From Octopus sinensis (lineage: Eukaryota): 64,000 nucleotides of DNA. The stretch lies in NCBI RefSeq assembly GCF_006345805.1, contig NC_043006.1:30814001-30878000 (forward strand). The letters are read 5' to 3'. The position numbers and the translations under genes are program-made. The stretch's first letter is position 1. Each line of letters starts with the position of its first letter. Below the pieces are notes generated by a model. It worked only from the letters and a program-made list of their open reading frames with translations. It was not told where the DNA came from and ran no database searches. This document shows positions 25,503 to 39,752 of this stretch, piece after piece.

Positions 25503-26145
25503 AAAAAAGGTTGAAAATGCAATTTTTAAACGGTTTATTTACTTAACCGGTTTCACTCTTTGGTAAAAGATTGTCAAAAGTTACATTTAAGGAAACATTG
25601 AATAATATGGGTTCAAAAAAGTTTTTACATAATTGTCACATTGAATATTATGCATTCAAAAAAGTTTTTACATAATTGTCACATTGGATATTATGAATTC
25701 AAAAATGTTTTTTTATACATAATTGTCACATTACATGTATAAAATAGTGTTTGGTAACAGAGAAGTTCAATAGTGTGATGAGAATATTTGGGAAATTTGG
25801 CAGAAAAGGATAAAACAAATATATTATTGGGAATTGGTTGCGTTAATTATTGGTTGTCGCAAATGTCACATTACATGTAAATATATACAATCTTCGGTAT
25901 ATATATACAGCCTTTGACAGCAAAAATTAAAATGGATTTTTTATACATCTCAGAATATTTTAAGTACAAGGCGAGAATATGTTTTTACTGACCTGTTGGT
26001 ATTAGCAGAAAGGCTGAACTGAGAGAACAGAGGAAGTAGCCATGTGGTGTATACTTCTCCCCTTTATGCATGAATGATTTTGGGGTTATCAGGAGGTTAG
26101 TATGCGGGTGTGAATAGATGTGTCAGATAGCGTCTGTTGTCACAC

Positions 26146-26180
<35 letters not shown>

Positions 26181-27428
26181 ACAACACACACACACACACA
26201 CATAGTAAAACCAACACACACCACATACACCAACACACACACACACAGAACACACACACCCCCACACACAACGCACCCACATATATCACATATATACACA
26301 GCACACAAATATAATATGTATCTATATATAACATACACAGATATATAACACACATACACACACAACACCACACACACACACACACCACACACAACACACG
26401 CACACATACATACATAATATAAATATCACACAAATACACCTAGCATATATATACACACATACAATACACACATACAGCATGTAAGTAATATACATACACA
26501 ATATATGCATGCAATATACATACGCAGTACATACATATAATATATATATATAGACAATGCATATACATATATACACATATACATATAAATAGTGTTTACA
26601 TACACATACATAGATGTACCACATATACACACAATACACATACATACAACGCATACACATACACGTACGCATACATATAATATATATATACACACACACA
26701 CACATAACATACATACACAATGTATACATATATATACACGCAATGCACATACATGTATTCATGCATATATAGACACCTACAATATACATATATACACTGC
26801 ACACATACACACACATATATACACTTAATTGTACACATACATATACAATACACATACATACAATATACATATACACAATGCGCATGCAAATAATGTACAT
26901 GTTTATACACACATAAACAAGCAAATAAATATACACACACACACATACACACACACACATATATATACACATATATATATATATATATATATATTACACA
27001 CATACATACATACATACATGCACATACATATATTTTTTCACACACATACACATACATATATATATATATAAAAAATTCACCCCCCCCCACACACACAAAT
27101 TACAACCTATAGCGTACACACTCAAATATATCTCTACATGCCGCACACACACACAAACAAAGTACTAACATATACACACATACCATGCATATACACACAC
27201 AACACACACATATATATATATATAATATATTAATATTAAAAAACAAATACACATGTAAATACATACATACGTACATAATGCTCACACACACACACATACA
27301 CACACACCCGACACAGTGCACACACACACACATATATACACACGTGCACACACACATACACAACAACGTGCGCGCACGCACACACAGACACACACACGCA
27401 CACAGTGCACACACACACCACATATATA
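25495..27428 (-). repeat. Left inverted arm (inverted pseudo-LTR) of the PLE
   Basis: Reverse complement of ~31052-33000, including unique segments (25495-26120 vs 32330-33000) and the same succession of CA/TA variants. Confidence 0.9.
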
Positions 27429-30400
27429 GCAGGAGCAACTAAAGACTGCTTCTCAATAAAAGCTCTCTTAACAACACCTGGAGTAAAAATCTCAAAGCGC
27501 GTAAGTTTGCCTTCTGGAATTTCATAAAAAATAACAACAAAGCTGACATTTATGAAAAGTGGCTCAACTCCACCCCTATCATCCTACCCAGAAAACTACA
27601 AATAAAACCCATCCAAAATGAACCAGAAAACCAAAAAAACCTCAGGGAGAAACTAGCTTTTGAAAAATTCAAAACGGAAGTAGAACTCTTGCAGCTCAGA
27701 GCCAACGCCAGTGAAGAAAAATCCAAGACCCTTGACAATGAAATGCAGATTGAAATCTCAAAACACTGTGAAGGAGCACTCCTTGATGAAACCACCAAAC
27801 TCTGGAGAAAAAACTGCGAGGATGAAGAAATAACATCCCTCCAGCGAATGGAAAAAAACAGCTGGTTCACCAATTATGAAACAGAGTTCACAAAGGAACA
27901 CCTTTCAAGCAACATATTTTAAAATATCTACTTCAACTCACACCCCTCGCCAAAAACAAAGAAAACCAACCACAAAACACTGAACACACACCACCCCTAA
28001 CATCGACAACAACAACAACAACAGAACTTACAGACAGCACTACAATCCCATCAAAAGAACCGAGACACCCATCATCAAACGACAAACTTTCCAGACAACG
28101 TAGACCCCAACCCACACAAGAACCGTTCCAGATTCGGAGATCCTACCCATCACTTAGAAACCCATCTCTGAACTATGATTGTAGATTCCAACCAAAACCG
28201 CTCCTAACTCAGAGTTCTCCCCCAACATATAGGGATTCACTTCTAAACCATGAATATAGTTTCCAACCCACTCTAAGGAACCAACATTACACCCAGGACA
28301 AACAACCCAAACCTGGAATAACCAAAACTCTTCCAGGAGGCCACACCAACAACCCAGACCCTGGAACAACCAAAACTCCTCAACAGACAACATAGCAACG
28401 GGGGACAGAATCACAACAACCAAAACCTCTTCAACAGACATGTCAACGGGGGACAGAATCACATACAGCAAAATACCGCAAATAGAAGAACCCCCAGGAT
28501 TCCTTTTTTAGGCAAGGGCATCAGTTTCCACGACACCAGATGGTAGATACCAACCCCGAAAACCAAAAATAGTGAATCTTTCTAACCTAACCTGTCGACA
28601 CCACAAATAAAAATCCTTTCAAGAGGACTAAAATTCACCCCAACTCCGCAATACCCTAACTGAGGGAAATACAGGATGACATCTCGCACTTTTGCAGAAA
28701 ATTACGCCTCACAGAGGAATTTTTTGACAGGAAAACTAATAATATCGACGAATCAATGGTCTGTAACAAAAGCAACTATAATCCCATAAAAGGCAAAAAC
28801 AAAACTTAGACAAATTTTGCGATTACATCTCCAACTTCCCTTATGGTGAACTCCCACAACCTAAACTCAAACCCAACACCAGTAAAAGAGAATGGGAAAT
28901 CATCCATACGCTACGAGACAATCATGACGTCACAATAAAGGAAGCTGATAAGGGTAGTACGGTCGTTGTTATGAATACTGAGCAATATAAAAACTCTGTA
29001 TCTCTCCTTTTAGAGGATACCACATACTACGAAAGAGTAGTCGACTACCAGCAATCCAAAACAATGACCAATCTGAAGGCACTCATTTACCAACACCGGA
29101 ATGACTTGACAGCAAAGGAATGCGACTACATTACTAAATTTAATTGCAAGCCAGCACACTCTATGGGCTTCCAAAAATACACAAGAGTCAAATTATCACA
29201 GAAGCTTGCAAAAAGTCCACTTCAACCTGCATCACTATACCACATCCCACTGATCTCAAACTGAGACCAATAGTGGCAGGCCCAAGTTGTGAAACACACA
29301 GACTTAGCAACTTTATAGATATCATCTTAAAGCCAATACTGAAACACATTCCAAGTATTGTAAGAGATGACCTGGACCTATTAAACCATCTCCCCAAACA
29401 TGCCGATAAAGACACCTTAATCGTTTCTTTTGATGTTATTAATCTTTACACCACAATCCCACATGAATTTGGACTGGAAGCCATTAAATTCTGGCTGGAT
29501 AAATATCCAATGAGATCCCGGAAAGAATTAAAAAAGAATTCATAATTGAGGGCCTCAAATTTATTCTGCAAAACAACTTCATGTATTTCCACAACAACAC
29601 TTACAGACAGGTCTCAGGTACTGCAATGGGTACGAAAGTTGCACCTACCTATGCAAACCTGGTGATGGCCTACCTGGAATCACATATCTATGAAAAATCC
29701 AAATATAAGTACGGCCAGTCTTTCCACAAATACCTGTTGGAGAACTGGAAACGCTACTTAGATGATTGCCTCATCCTATGGTCCCAAACACTCGACCAAC
29801 TTATAGACTTCAAAAACCTTATCAACAGTGTAAATAACAACATTCAATTCACAATGGAATATAGTCAGGACCAACTCCCTTTTCTTGACATCCTAATCAT
29901 TAAAAAAGGCGTCAACATTGAAACTGACATCCATTACAAACCCACTGACTCTAAACAATACCTTCTATTCACCTCCAATCACCAAAACACACAAAGACAA
30001 ATATCCCCTTCAACCTAGCGAGAAGAATCTGCACTATTGTCTCAAATGACACAACACGAAATAGAAGACTCCGGGAACTAAGGGCAATTCTTCTCGAAAG
30101 ACATTACCCGGCATCACTAGTAGACAACGGAATAGAACGGGCCAAATCAATCAACATTCAAGACCTTCGAAAACCCAAACACATCCACAGTACAGTCAAT
30201 AGCCTCCCTTATCTCTCAACACACAACCCAAGGAATGCAGAAGCTTACACTATATATACAACAACATTCCACAACTAAATCAAGACCCACGCCTGAAAAA
30301 AATACTGGCAGCTCTAAAAATAATAAAAAGTAAGAGACAACCTAAATCCCTAAAAAACCTCCTCACCAACGCAAAATTACACAACACAAAACCACCGCCC

Positions 30401-30794
30401 ACCATCAAAAAATGTGGTCGCCCCAACTGCAAGACCTGCATCCACCTCATTGAGGGATCAGTACAAGTTCCACTCGGGACACACATTCATCATAAAAAAT
30501 AATTTCACGTGCGCATCAAAAAATTTACTCTACGTCATAAGGTGTGAAGGATGCCACGAAGATTACATAGGGCAAACGAGCCTTACCCTCAGAGACAGAA
30601 TGACAGTTCACCGACAACAACTGAGGGACCCCTCCACAAGACAGATACCACTAAGTGGACACTTAGACCTTTGTGCACACAATAAGTCCCCCAAATTCTT
30701 AGTCTTCCCACTATACCAATGCTCGGACAACACCACAGACCAAACACGAATAAATAAGAAAGTAATCTTATTCAAAAATACAGACCACAACTAA
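27429..30794 (+). mobile_element. Penelope-like retroelement ORF (Neptune-like), RT plus GIY-YIG endonuclease, 5'-truncated and frameshifted
   Basis: NLS..GLKFTPTP, KEADKGSTVVVMN, LYGLPKIHK, LRPIVAG, SFDVINLYTTIP, GTAMGTKVAPTYANL, RYLDDC, LPFLDI, YKPTDSKQYL, KCGRPNCKTC, LLYVIRCEGCHEDYIGQT..RMTVHR. Confidence 0.95.
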
Positions 30795-30976
30795 ACATAC
30801 TCTAAAACCCCCTGGAAACACATCCAGAGCAAGCACACAGGGACGCGCGCACGCTCACAGCATATCGTGCGGGCGGGCACATGCGCGCATCGGCACGCAT
30901 AGGACACACTAGCGGGCATTGACCGCACACATACGTATGCACACGCATGCATTATATATATGTAGGTGATGTATGT

Positions 30977-31008
<32 letters not shown>

Positions 31009-31051
31009 TGTGTGTTGTGTGTGTGCACGTTGTGTGTGTGTGTGCGCGGGG

Positions 31052-31243
31052 TATATATATATGTGTGTGTGTGTGTGCACTGTGTGCGTGTGTGTGTATG
31101 TGGTGTGCGTGCGCGCGCGTTGTGTGTATGTGTGTGTGCACGTGTGATATATGTGTGTGTGTGTGCACTGTGTACGGGTGTGTGTGTATGTGTGTGTGTG
31201 TGTGAGCATTATGTACGTATGTATTTACATGTGTATTTGTTTT

Positions 31244-31284
<41 letters not shown>

Positions 31285-32289
31285 TGTGTGTGTATATGCA
31301 TGGTATGTGTGTATATGTTAGTACTTGTTTGTGTGTGTGTGCGGCATGTAGAGATATATTTGAGTGTGTACGCTATAGGTTGTAATTGTGTGTGGGGGGG
31401 GGTGAATTTTTTTATATATATATATATGTATGTGTATGTGTGTGAAAAATATATGTATGTGCATGTATGTATGTATGTATGTGTGTATATATATATATAT
31501 ATAATATGTGTATATATATGTGTGTGGTGTATGTGTGTGTGTGTATATTTATTTGCTTGTTATGTGTGTATAAACATGTACATTATTTGCATGCGCATTG
31601 TGTATATATATTGTATGTATGTGTATTGTATATGTATGTGTACAATTAAGTGTATATATGTGTGTGTATGTGTGCAGTGTATATATGTATATTGTAGGTG
31701 TGCTATATATGCATGAATACATGTATGTGCATTGCGTGTATATATATGTATACATTGTGTATGTATGTTATGTGTGTGTGTGTGTATATATATTATATGT
31801 ATGCGTACGTGTATGTGTATGCGTTGTATGTATGTATTGTGTGTATATGTGGTACATCTATGTATGTGTATGTAAACACTATTATATGTATATTGTGTAT
31901 ATATGTATATGCATTGTCTATATATATAATTATATTGTATGTACTGCGTATGTATATTGCATGCATATATTGTGTATGTATATTACTTACATGCTGTATG
32001 TGTGTATTGTATGTGTGTATATATATGCTAGGTGTATTTGTGTGATATTTATATTATGTATGTATGTGTGCGTGTGTTGTGTGGTGTGTGTGTGTGTGTG
32101 TGGTTGTGTGTGTATGTGTGTATATATCTGTGTATGTATATATAGATACATATTATATTTGTGTGCTGTGTGTATATGTGATATATGTGGGTGCGTTGTG
32201 TGTGGGGGTGTGTTGTGTTCTGTGTGTGTGTGTGTGTGTTTTGTATGTGGTGTGTGTTTGTTTACTATGTGTGTTGTGTGTGTGTGTGT

Positions 32290-32320
<31 letters not shown>

Positions 32321-33000
32321 TGTATATATGTGTGTGACAAACAGACGCTATTGACCAGCGGGCACGGACACATCTATTCACACCCGCATACTAACCTCCT
32401 GATAACCCCAAAATCATTCATGCATAAAGGGGAAGTATACACCACATTGGCTACTTCCTCTGTTCTCTCAGTTCAGCCTTTCTGCTAATACCAACAGGTC
32501 AGTAAAAACATATTTCGCCTTGTACTTAAAATATTCTGAGATGTATAAAAAATCCATTTTAATTTTTGCTGTCAAAAGGCTGTATATATATACCGAAGAT
32601 TGTATATATATACATGTAATGTGACAATTTGCGACAACCAATAATTAACGCAACCAATTCCCAATAATATATTTGTTTTATCCTTTTCTGCCAAATTTTC
32701 CCAAATATTCTCATCACACTATTGAACTTCTCTGTTACCAACACTATATTTATACATGTAATGTGACAATTATGTATAAAAAAACATTTTTGAATTCATA
32801 ATATCCAATGTGACAATTATGTAAAAAACTTTTTTGATGCATAATATTCAATGTGACAATTATGTAAAAAACTTTTTTTGAACCCATATTATTCAATGTT
32901 TCCTTAAATGTAACTTTTGACAATCTTTTACCAAAGAGTGAAACCGGTTAAGTAAATAAACATCGTTTAAATTGCATTTTCAAACCTTTTTTCTTATATA
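31052..33000 (+). repeat. Right arm (3' pseudo-LTR) of the PLE
   Basis: Follows the ORF stop; microsatellite-rich, then unique AT-rich sequence with 3-4 copies of aatgtgacaattatgta and a decayed hammerhead at 32913-32953. Confidence 0.9.
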
Positions 33001-34279
33001 ATCCCACTCGTGCGATACCCCACAACTCAACTTTTTTATATATATATATATATATGTATGTATATGGTAATTGAAAAACAGAAGATAGAAGACATGAGAA
33101 TTTTTATTAATCAAGACAACATACATACATACATACACATATATCACCATCTTCATCATCATCGTAATTTAAGATACATTTCTTTCCATGTTGCAATGTG
33201 TTAGACATGTCTTCTTTATAATAAACTTATTTATTCATTTATTTTTAAATTAAATTCTTGTTTTGGTGAAATTCATTTTTCTTTGTCTTAATGTTTAACT
33301 ATCATTTGCATCTTTCCCAACATATTTTTCTGAAATTCTTCATTTCTCGACCGGTCCCCTTCCCACCCAACCTGTGATGGTTAAACTTACTTCCATGTTT
33401 ACAGGCAATTTATGTCGTTCAATTTAATTGAGTTTCAACTGAAAATGTTTTAATTTTTCCCATGATGGACACTCATTTTAACTTCACAGATTCTTGTAAT
33501 GAAATAATGTCCTCTCTGGTCAGCATTAAATGTCTGTTTGATTGCTTAATTATTGGTTACAAATTTTGGCACAATGCTAGCAGGTTTTTTTGTGGTGGGG
33601 GTGTTGTGTGGGTGGGTGCTGTGGGGATGGGGTGGGGTATGTGTGTGTGTGGTGGTGGGCTGGATAAGTCGATGAAATTGACGCTAGAGTGCAACTGGTA
33701 CTTATTTTATCAACCCTGAAAGAATGAAATCAAAGACAGCCTCAACTGAATTTGAACTCAGAACATAAAAATGGAGGAATTGCCTCTAAGCATGCAAATG
33801 ATTCTGCCAGCTCCCTGTCTTAAACTGTACCATATAGAACCGTTTAGAAACCATCGTATTGCTCAAAGTACTCACAGTTACCTGATGATCAATTATGTGA
33901 AACTCTGAGTTGCAGTTTGTGAAAGCTTTTCAGTTTCAATGAAATACATATACATACACGTGTATATGTGTGTGTGTATCATAAATATGAGGGTAATAAA
34001 TTAACATAATTTATTACTAGTGGTTAGCATTCATAAATAAAAGTCAGAAGATATATCTTTTAAAATACAAGAGTGTATAAAATATTTTTATACACAGTGA
34101 GAAGACCCTTGACAGGACTCCTTACATGCTAGAAAGGGCAGTTAAAACCCAAACCACAGAAAAAATTCATGAGGAACACTGTTATAACACCAGAATGAAC
34201 AAAAAATGAATTAGTTAATCCCAAACTGAAGTTTCTCTATTAATTGCCAAATAAACTAATTTGGAATCTGTAGATCGTC

Positions 34280-34650
34280 AGTGAGATCGCTGATTAACAA
34301 ATAATTGTGCAGTAGCAAATACGGTACATTTAGGTAGATGTCTGGGTCCCCAAAATTTATCTATATGATCCATTTCCCTGCTAAACACTACCTGCATTTT
34401 CTACTGCTATTAAAATAAGGCTCACAATTCTTTAAGATTTGCTGTAGTTCTTCTTAGTACTTTCATTGATGACCATACATATCTAGATAAGGCTGTGACA
34501 TTGTGTGTTTCCTGGATACTAAAGGAGGATTTATGTTGTTGAATCTGTTCCTGATAGGACCTTCTCTCTCACTGAAATACTGCCACCTGTTTGACTGTCC
34601 ATTGAGACCCTTTGATGTTACTTCTGCCTCATATACGATAGTCTCCATGT
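34280..34650 (-). mobile_element. Highly decayed PLE GIY-YIG endonuclease fragment
   Basis: TIVYEAEVTS..QYFSEREGPIRNRFNN followed by RKCR*CLAGKWII resembles the Penelope-clade endonuclease and C-terminal CxxC. Confidence 0.5.
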
Positions 34651-35504
34651 TTACAGTGGCCTAAAATAGGACATGTGGTGGTGTATCTATACGAGCATCT
34701 TGCTACAATCTCAGGCCTGCCTACTATCTTTCTGACACACATTAAAGGAATCTCTTGAGGTGTGCCCACAACAAATTTTACTGAACCTATTCATACAGGG
34801 AAAGTGATTCTCCACTAATATCTTACCAGCACAAGTGTTTATGTTTAAAGGGAAGCAGGGTGTGAACTACAACAAACTCCAGTGATGTTTTCTCTCAGTA
34901 GGGCTTGGGTCCAGCATCTAACTAATCCTGTCCTTAAAACTACTGGTAGCCAGGACCTCATCTAATTGTATGGCAGAGGCATCAAAAATCTCATTACTTG
35001 AAGACAGGTTGTAGATTCTTTGAACATTTATCTATAACCTCCACATTCCAAAAACAAAACAAAAGGTTAAATCTCCCATTAATGTCAAAATAAGATCAAC
35101 AACTTGAGCTTGCTACAAATCTACTGACCAACTAACCTTTTCTTCTACCAACACCCTTTTGTTAACCCCTGCAAAACAGCACCAAGAACTAAAGCTTATA
35201 CATTGAATTCTGAACAATAACATAACACCAAATTTAGTCCATAAAAATCTTCCATAATAACTTTTCATCTCAGTCTGCCCTACAACCATATTATCCTTCA
35301 GTTTTTATTGGGTTAGGCTGTACCAAACCCAATAAAAACAAATTAACCAGAGACTATGTAAAGCTTTGAGGAATTCCAATGACAGCTTAGTAGGCTGAAG
35401 TTTCGAAGTCACTGACAATATTATTCTTGTTAAAGAATAATACATACATACACACATGCTAGTGGTTGTCTACTCCTCATGCAGAGTTTGACCACCACCT
35501 GTAC

Positions 35505-36010
35505 CTACACCTTAGAACCATCATGGCATCTGATGTAGCTTTTTAAACTAGATAATGTTCTGAAAAGACATGCACACAGATTGTACATCCGAATTGGACC
35601 ACCAAGAGCAGCAGTTAAGTTCTGATCCTTGTGGATCCTAAAATGACTCTTGAGGCCTCCATTGGATTTGCAAACCTTCTGGCATACATTGCATTCAAAG
35701 GTGTGCACAGACATATAGGCAGAATAGTTGGTGGAGGTTCGTTTTCCATGGGTTCACAGATGAGATTTGAGCCCAGCAAAAGAGAGGCATGGTCTGTCAC
35801 AGACTGTGCACACAAAAAGGTCATTGTCATTCACCTTCTCAATCGTTACATTTTTTCTTAGATATCTTTTGAATCTTACATGCATTATCTTGGCCTCTTC
35901 AAATGCTTTCCCTCCACTCCACACTTTTGTTTGCCGTCCAACTCGATCTGAAGCAAGGGTTTCTATGTTTTCTGGATCCATTCCAAGTGACTTCATAGTA
36001 GTCCTTATGC
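35505..36010 (-). mobile_element. 3' end of an RTE-clade LINE with C2H2-like zinc fingers
   Basis: ETLASDR...GGKAFEEAK..KRYLRK then CTVCDRPCLSFAGLKSHL*TH and CNVCQKVCKSNGGLKSHFRIH in one frame. Confidence 0.75.
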
Positions 36011-38426
36011 ATACATACACACACATATGTATATATGTAGAGAGATAGAAACAGACAGATAGATAGATAGATAGATAGATAAAATAGAATCCAAGTAGTG
36101 CCATACCTCTCCTAGTCTTCAGGGAAGATAAGAATCGTGTGAACTTCCTTAGTAATGGATCCACAGTGCCTGGCCAGACACAATTAAATATTATTAAATG
36201 AACTCACGTCAAACGGTTTCTATAGGCAGCCAAGCATGTTCCTATACTGGTTTCAAATTTTGGTTCAAGGCCAGCAGTTTTGGGGAAGGGGTCAGTAACA
36301 TCGACCCCAGTTCTCAGCTGGTGCTTATTTTATCGCCCCCAAAAGATGAAGGGCAAAATCGACCTCGGTAGAATTTGAAGTCACAACATCAAGACAAATA
36401 GAATACTGCTAAATATTTCGTCTGGCGTGCAAATGATTCTGCCCGCTCGCTGCTTAACACTTCGGTTCCTATATTAGGAACCCTACAATCAGTAGCACCA
36501 TGTCTAAGTTACAGTTTGTTATTACTTCTGGTGCACATAAATTCATTTGTTATGTACTTCTTTCTCTATATTGTTGTTATTTGGTTATATCTGATTAGTG
36601 ACAGTAGCAGATCTAAGATTTTCCTGCAGTGATCATTTTCTCTTTAATACACGTAGTGCATCTAGAATTTAATTATCTGATATTTCTTTCTTTTCTCGTT
36701 TTTAGATGGTCGGGTGTAATCTGAGAGATTTTGCTGCTATTTCTAGCAGATCAAGAGACCACGTAGAAGTTACTGGCTTGCAGACGATACAACACATGCG
36801 TTTGGTTGTGGCAGTTTAAAGTATCTAATAGTTAGCTCCCTTGTTTAATATACTACAGAGTGACTCCCCTTGTTTTCACAATCCATTTCGTCTGAATTTC
36901 CGCCACTTTCTTATCTTCTCATAATTTAAAAATCATTTTAACATCATTTTAGTCAATCATGAATGACAGAATCTGTAGGGTGCCGTACAAATTTCCTTTT
37001 GGCATTTAGCTATGTCGTCTCTTTGCATTTCGAGCTCAATTCTTGCTGATATCGATTTTATCTTTCATCCTTAACAGATCGATGAATACTAATCTTATAC
37101 AAGGATCAAATCGATCTCTCGAATTGTGTGGCCTCGTTACTAAGTAGGAAACCTGGATTATTGTCAGAGGCTTTCATCAACTGTGTTTGAAGATGTTTTT
37201 TTTTATTACAACTAATAAAGAACTGCTTCTAGATTTCTAAAGAGACGGTCACGTTTCATCCTCCATTGTCAAACTGATAAAAAAAAAAAGAAAATGTCTT
37301 CGTTGGCTTCAAACACTTCCAGTAGATCAGGGAGGGCTTGGTTCATTCTCTCTTTTAATCCAGGTGCCAATTGCTGTAGTACACACTTTCTGATCCCTGA
37401 AATCTTCCACCACTGTCCAGTCGAGAACCAAGCTCACTGACTGCAACTTGCCTGCACAAGTGCAAGCCATGCCGCAGCATCAAGTGAAGAAAAAGAAAAA
37501 AACACTGGATATCGGTCAGCGACTTCAGAATGAAAGTTGGGTGGATAGATAAAACAAGACAAAGGGTAGAAGAAAGGTATGAAAGCTGAAATATTTCTTT
37601 GTCATACGGGGCTCACACCAGATCTGTTGTTGGAGAAAGGCTCTTGGCATGTGGGGGTGAAACTGTAGGGAAATGGTACAACAGATAACACCACAAATGC
37701 CAAGAGGCAGGCTTAACAAGATAGAAGAATTGGAGGGGAAGATAGGATTGATAAAAAGTTGTTAAAAGAGAAACTTGAGAGGCAAATGTAGCAAAAAAGA
37801 AAAAAAAATGAAAAAGAAATGGAAGAGTTTTACCAATGTTTTGTGAGAAGAGGATAAGTGGTATGGCATGTTTTGTCTGGGTAAATCAGAACAATATTGG
37901 TGAAGAGAACGTCTGCAACAAAAGGAGTGTCTCCATCCTGATTGATGACCAGAAGTGAATAGCATGAACATATAAGATGTAGATGAATAAAGAGAATGGG
38001 TGTGTGTGTGTGTGTGTTTCATTCGTGTTCTTTAATTGCATAAAAAAGTTGCTGAGCTATGGTAGTTTTCTCTGTTGTCATTCCACTGCCAACCAATTGT
38101 CCACTGGTTCTGTACTGGCAACAAGAATGAAAACTTCCTTACTTGAAAAACAGGAAAAGTTTAACAGCAGGAAGAGCATCCAGCTAAAACTAATGGATCA
38201 ACAATGTGTATTCATCTAACGTTTACTAACCTGGGAAAACAAGTGCAAAAGGAATGAACAAACAAGATTACACACACACACGTATTATATTCTATATATA
38301 TATATGCATGAATTAAACATTTTAAAAAACATTCTAAGAATGCAAGTCTGAGCCATTTCATGGAATCTTGTAATCAGAAATTTATTTGAATTTGGTAGAA
38401 GTGGCAGCTGCTTTCCATTTAAAAAA

Positions 38427-38657
38427 AAAGAAAATATGCATACTTTTATAGATATGAAATATATGTGTATATACGTACACCTGCTACCACGTAAAAAACA
38501 CCTACTCCACTCTATAAAGTGGTTGGCATTAGAAAGGGCATCTAGCCATAGAAATCATGCCAGAACAGACAAATGGAGCCTGGTGCAGCTCTCCAGTCTT
38601 GCCAGCTCCTGTCAAACCATCCAATCCTTGCTAGTATCGAAAATGAACATTAAATGA

Positions 38658-38661
<4 letters not shown>
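38427..38661 (+). repeat. Local inverted duplication, copy 1 (copy 2 at ~39753-39988)
   Basis: About 235 bp with 2 substitutions seen; includes a SINE fragment plus its unique flank. Confidence 0.92.
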
Positions 38662-38737
<76 letters not shown>

Positions 38738-39752
38738 GTGAGAGTATGTGTGTGTGTGAGAGAGAGAGAGAGAGATCCGATGCTAAGAAAGTGAAACAGA
38801 GCAACACTAATGCTATCATTATTGACTTCCCATTAATATCCTTATTTCAAAACTAATCCAGCGCTGACAATATATTCCATCTTCTTTATTCAGGTAACCA
38901 TTAATACATAAATTCTTTATCCAGTTAACCATTAATACATCAATATACATAACAATACAGAAATAAAACAATATAAAACATTAGATTAAGATTCCATATT
39001 ACTGATTTCTTTGTTTATTTTTTTAAATGTACTTTTTATTGTTTAAAAGAGAAAAAAACAAATAAAAATTGTATAGATTCTGAACCTGATATAAAAATCT
39101 CCAACTACTTTTCTCTAAATAAAAAAATAAAAGGCATAAAAACGTTAGTGAAGAGGGGATGTGGCGGAGCTTAAATGAATAAGAATCTCCATCCTTGGCA
39201 GACTACACTGTGTTGGCATCGACCTTACTGTTTGGTTTTCAGGCAGAGCATGTACCCTGGGTATTATTCCTTATTTCGTAACTGCTGACTCAAAGGCAGA
39301 TTTAATTCCTTATTCACAATGGACTGAATCATCATCATTTAACGTCCGTTTTCCATGCTGGCATGGGTTGGACGGTTTGTCAGGTGCTGGTAAGGCCAGG
39401 GGCCACACCAGGCTCCAATTGTCTGCTATGGCATGGTTTCTATGATTGTATGTCCTGCCTAACACCTACCATGCCACAGAGTGTATTGGGTGCTTTGTAC
39501 GTGGCACCGGCACCAGTGCTTTTACACGAAACCAGCGGCAGTGCTTTATATGTGGCACCAGCACTGACAGGGTTATTAAGTAAGTTGCAAGACAAAAAAG
39601 ACCCCTGAGTTGGGAGGAGGGAGTAGTAGTGAGGGTGGTGGTGGCGGCTTTGTGCCAGTGGATGTTATTTAGTGTAGACTGAATAAATTATCAATTATTA
39701 CATTAGAAACACTTGCTAGAGTGAACTGGAGCATATATATTATATATATCAT

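Noticed and set aside
26097-32488. Many Cys/Val/His/Thr-rich ORFs in the PLE arms
   Set aside because: Artefacts of CA/TA microsatellites; no domain content.
36202-36208. Minus-strand GTGAGT donor as FTCD 5'UTR exon end
   Set aside because: The upstream sequence is a SINE tail and the exonic context (GAC) is weak; no supporting evidence.
39135-39230. Hammerhead-like gTGAAGA-ggggatg...catcc
   Set aside because: No GAAA, stem III or cleavage triplet can be formed; too decayed to call.
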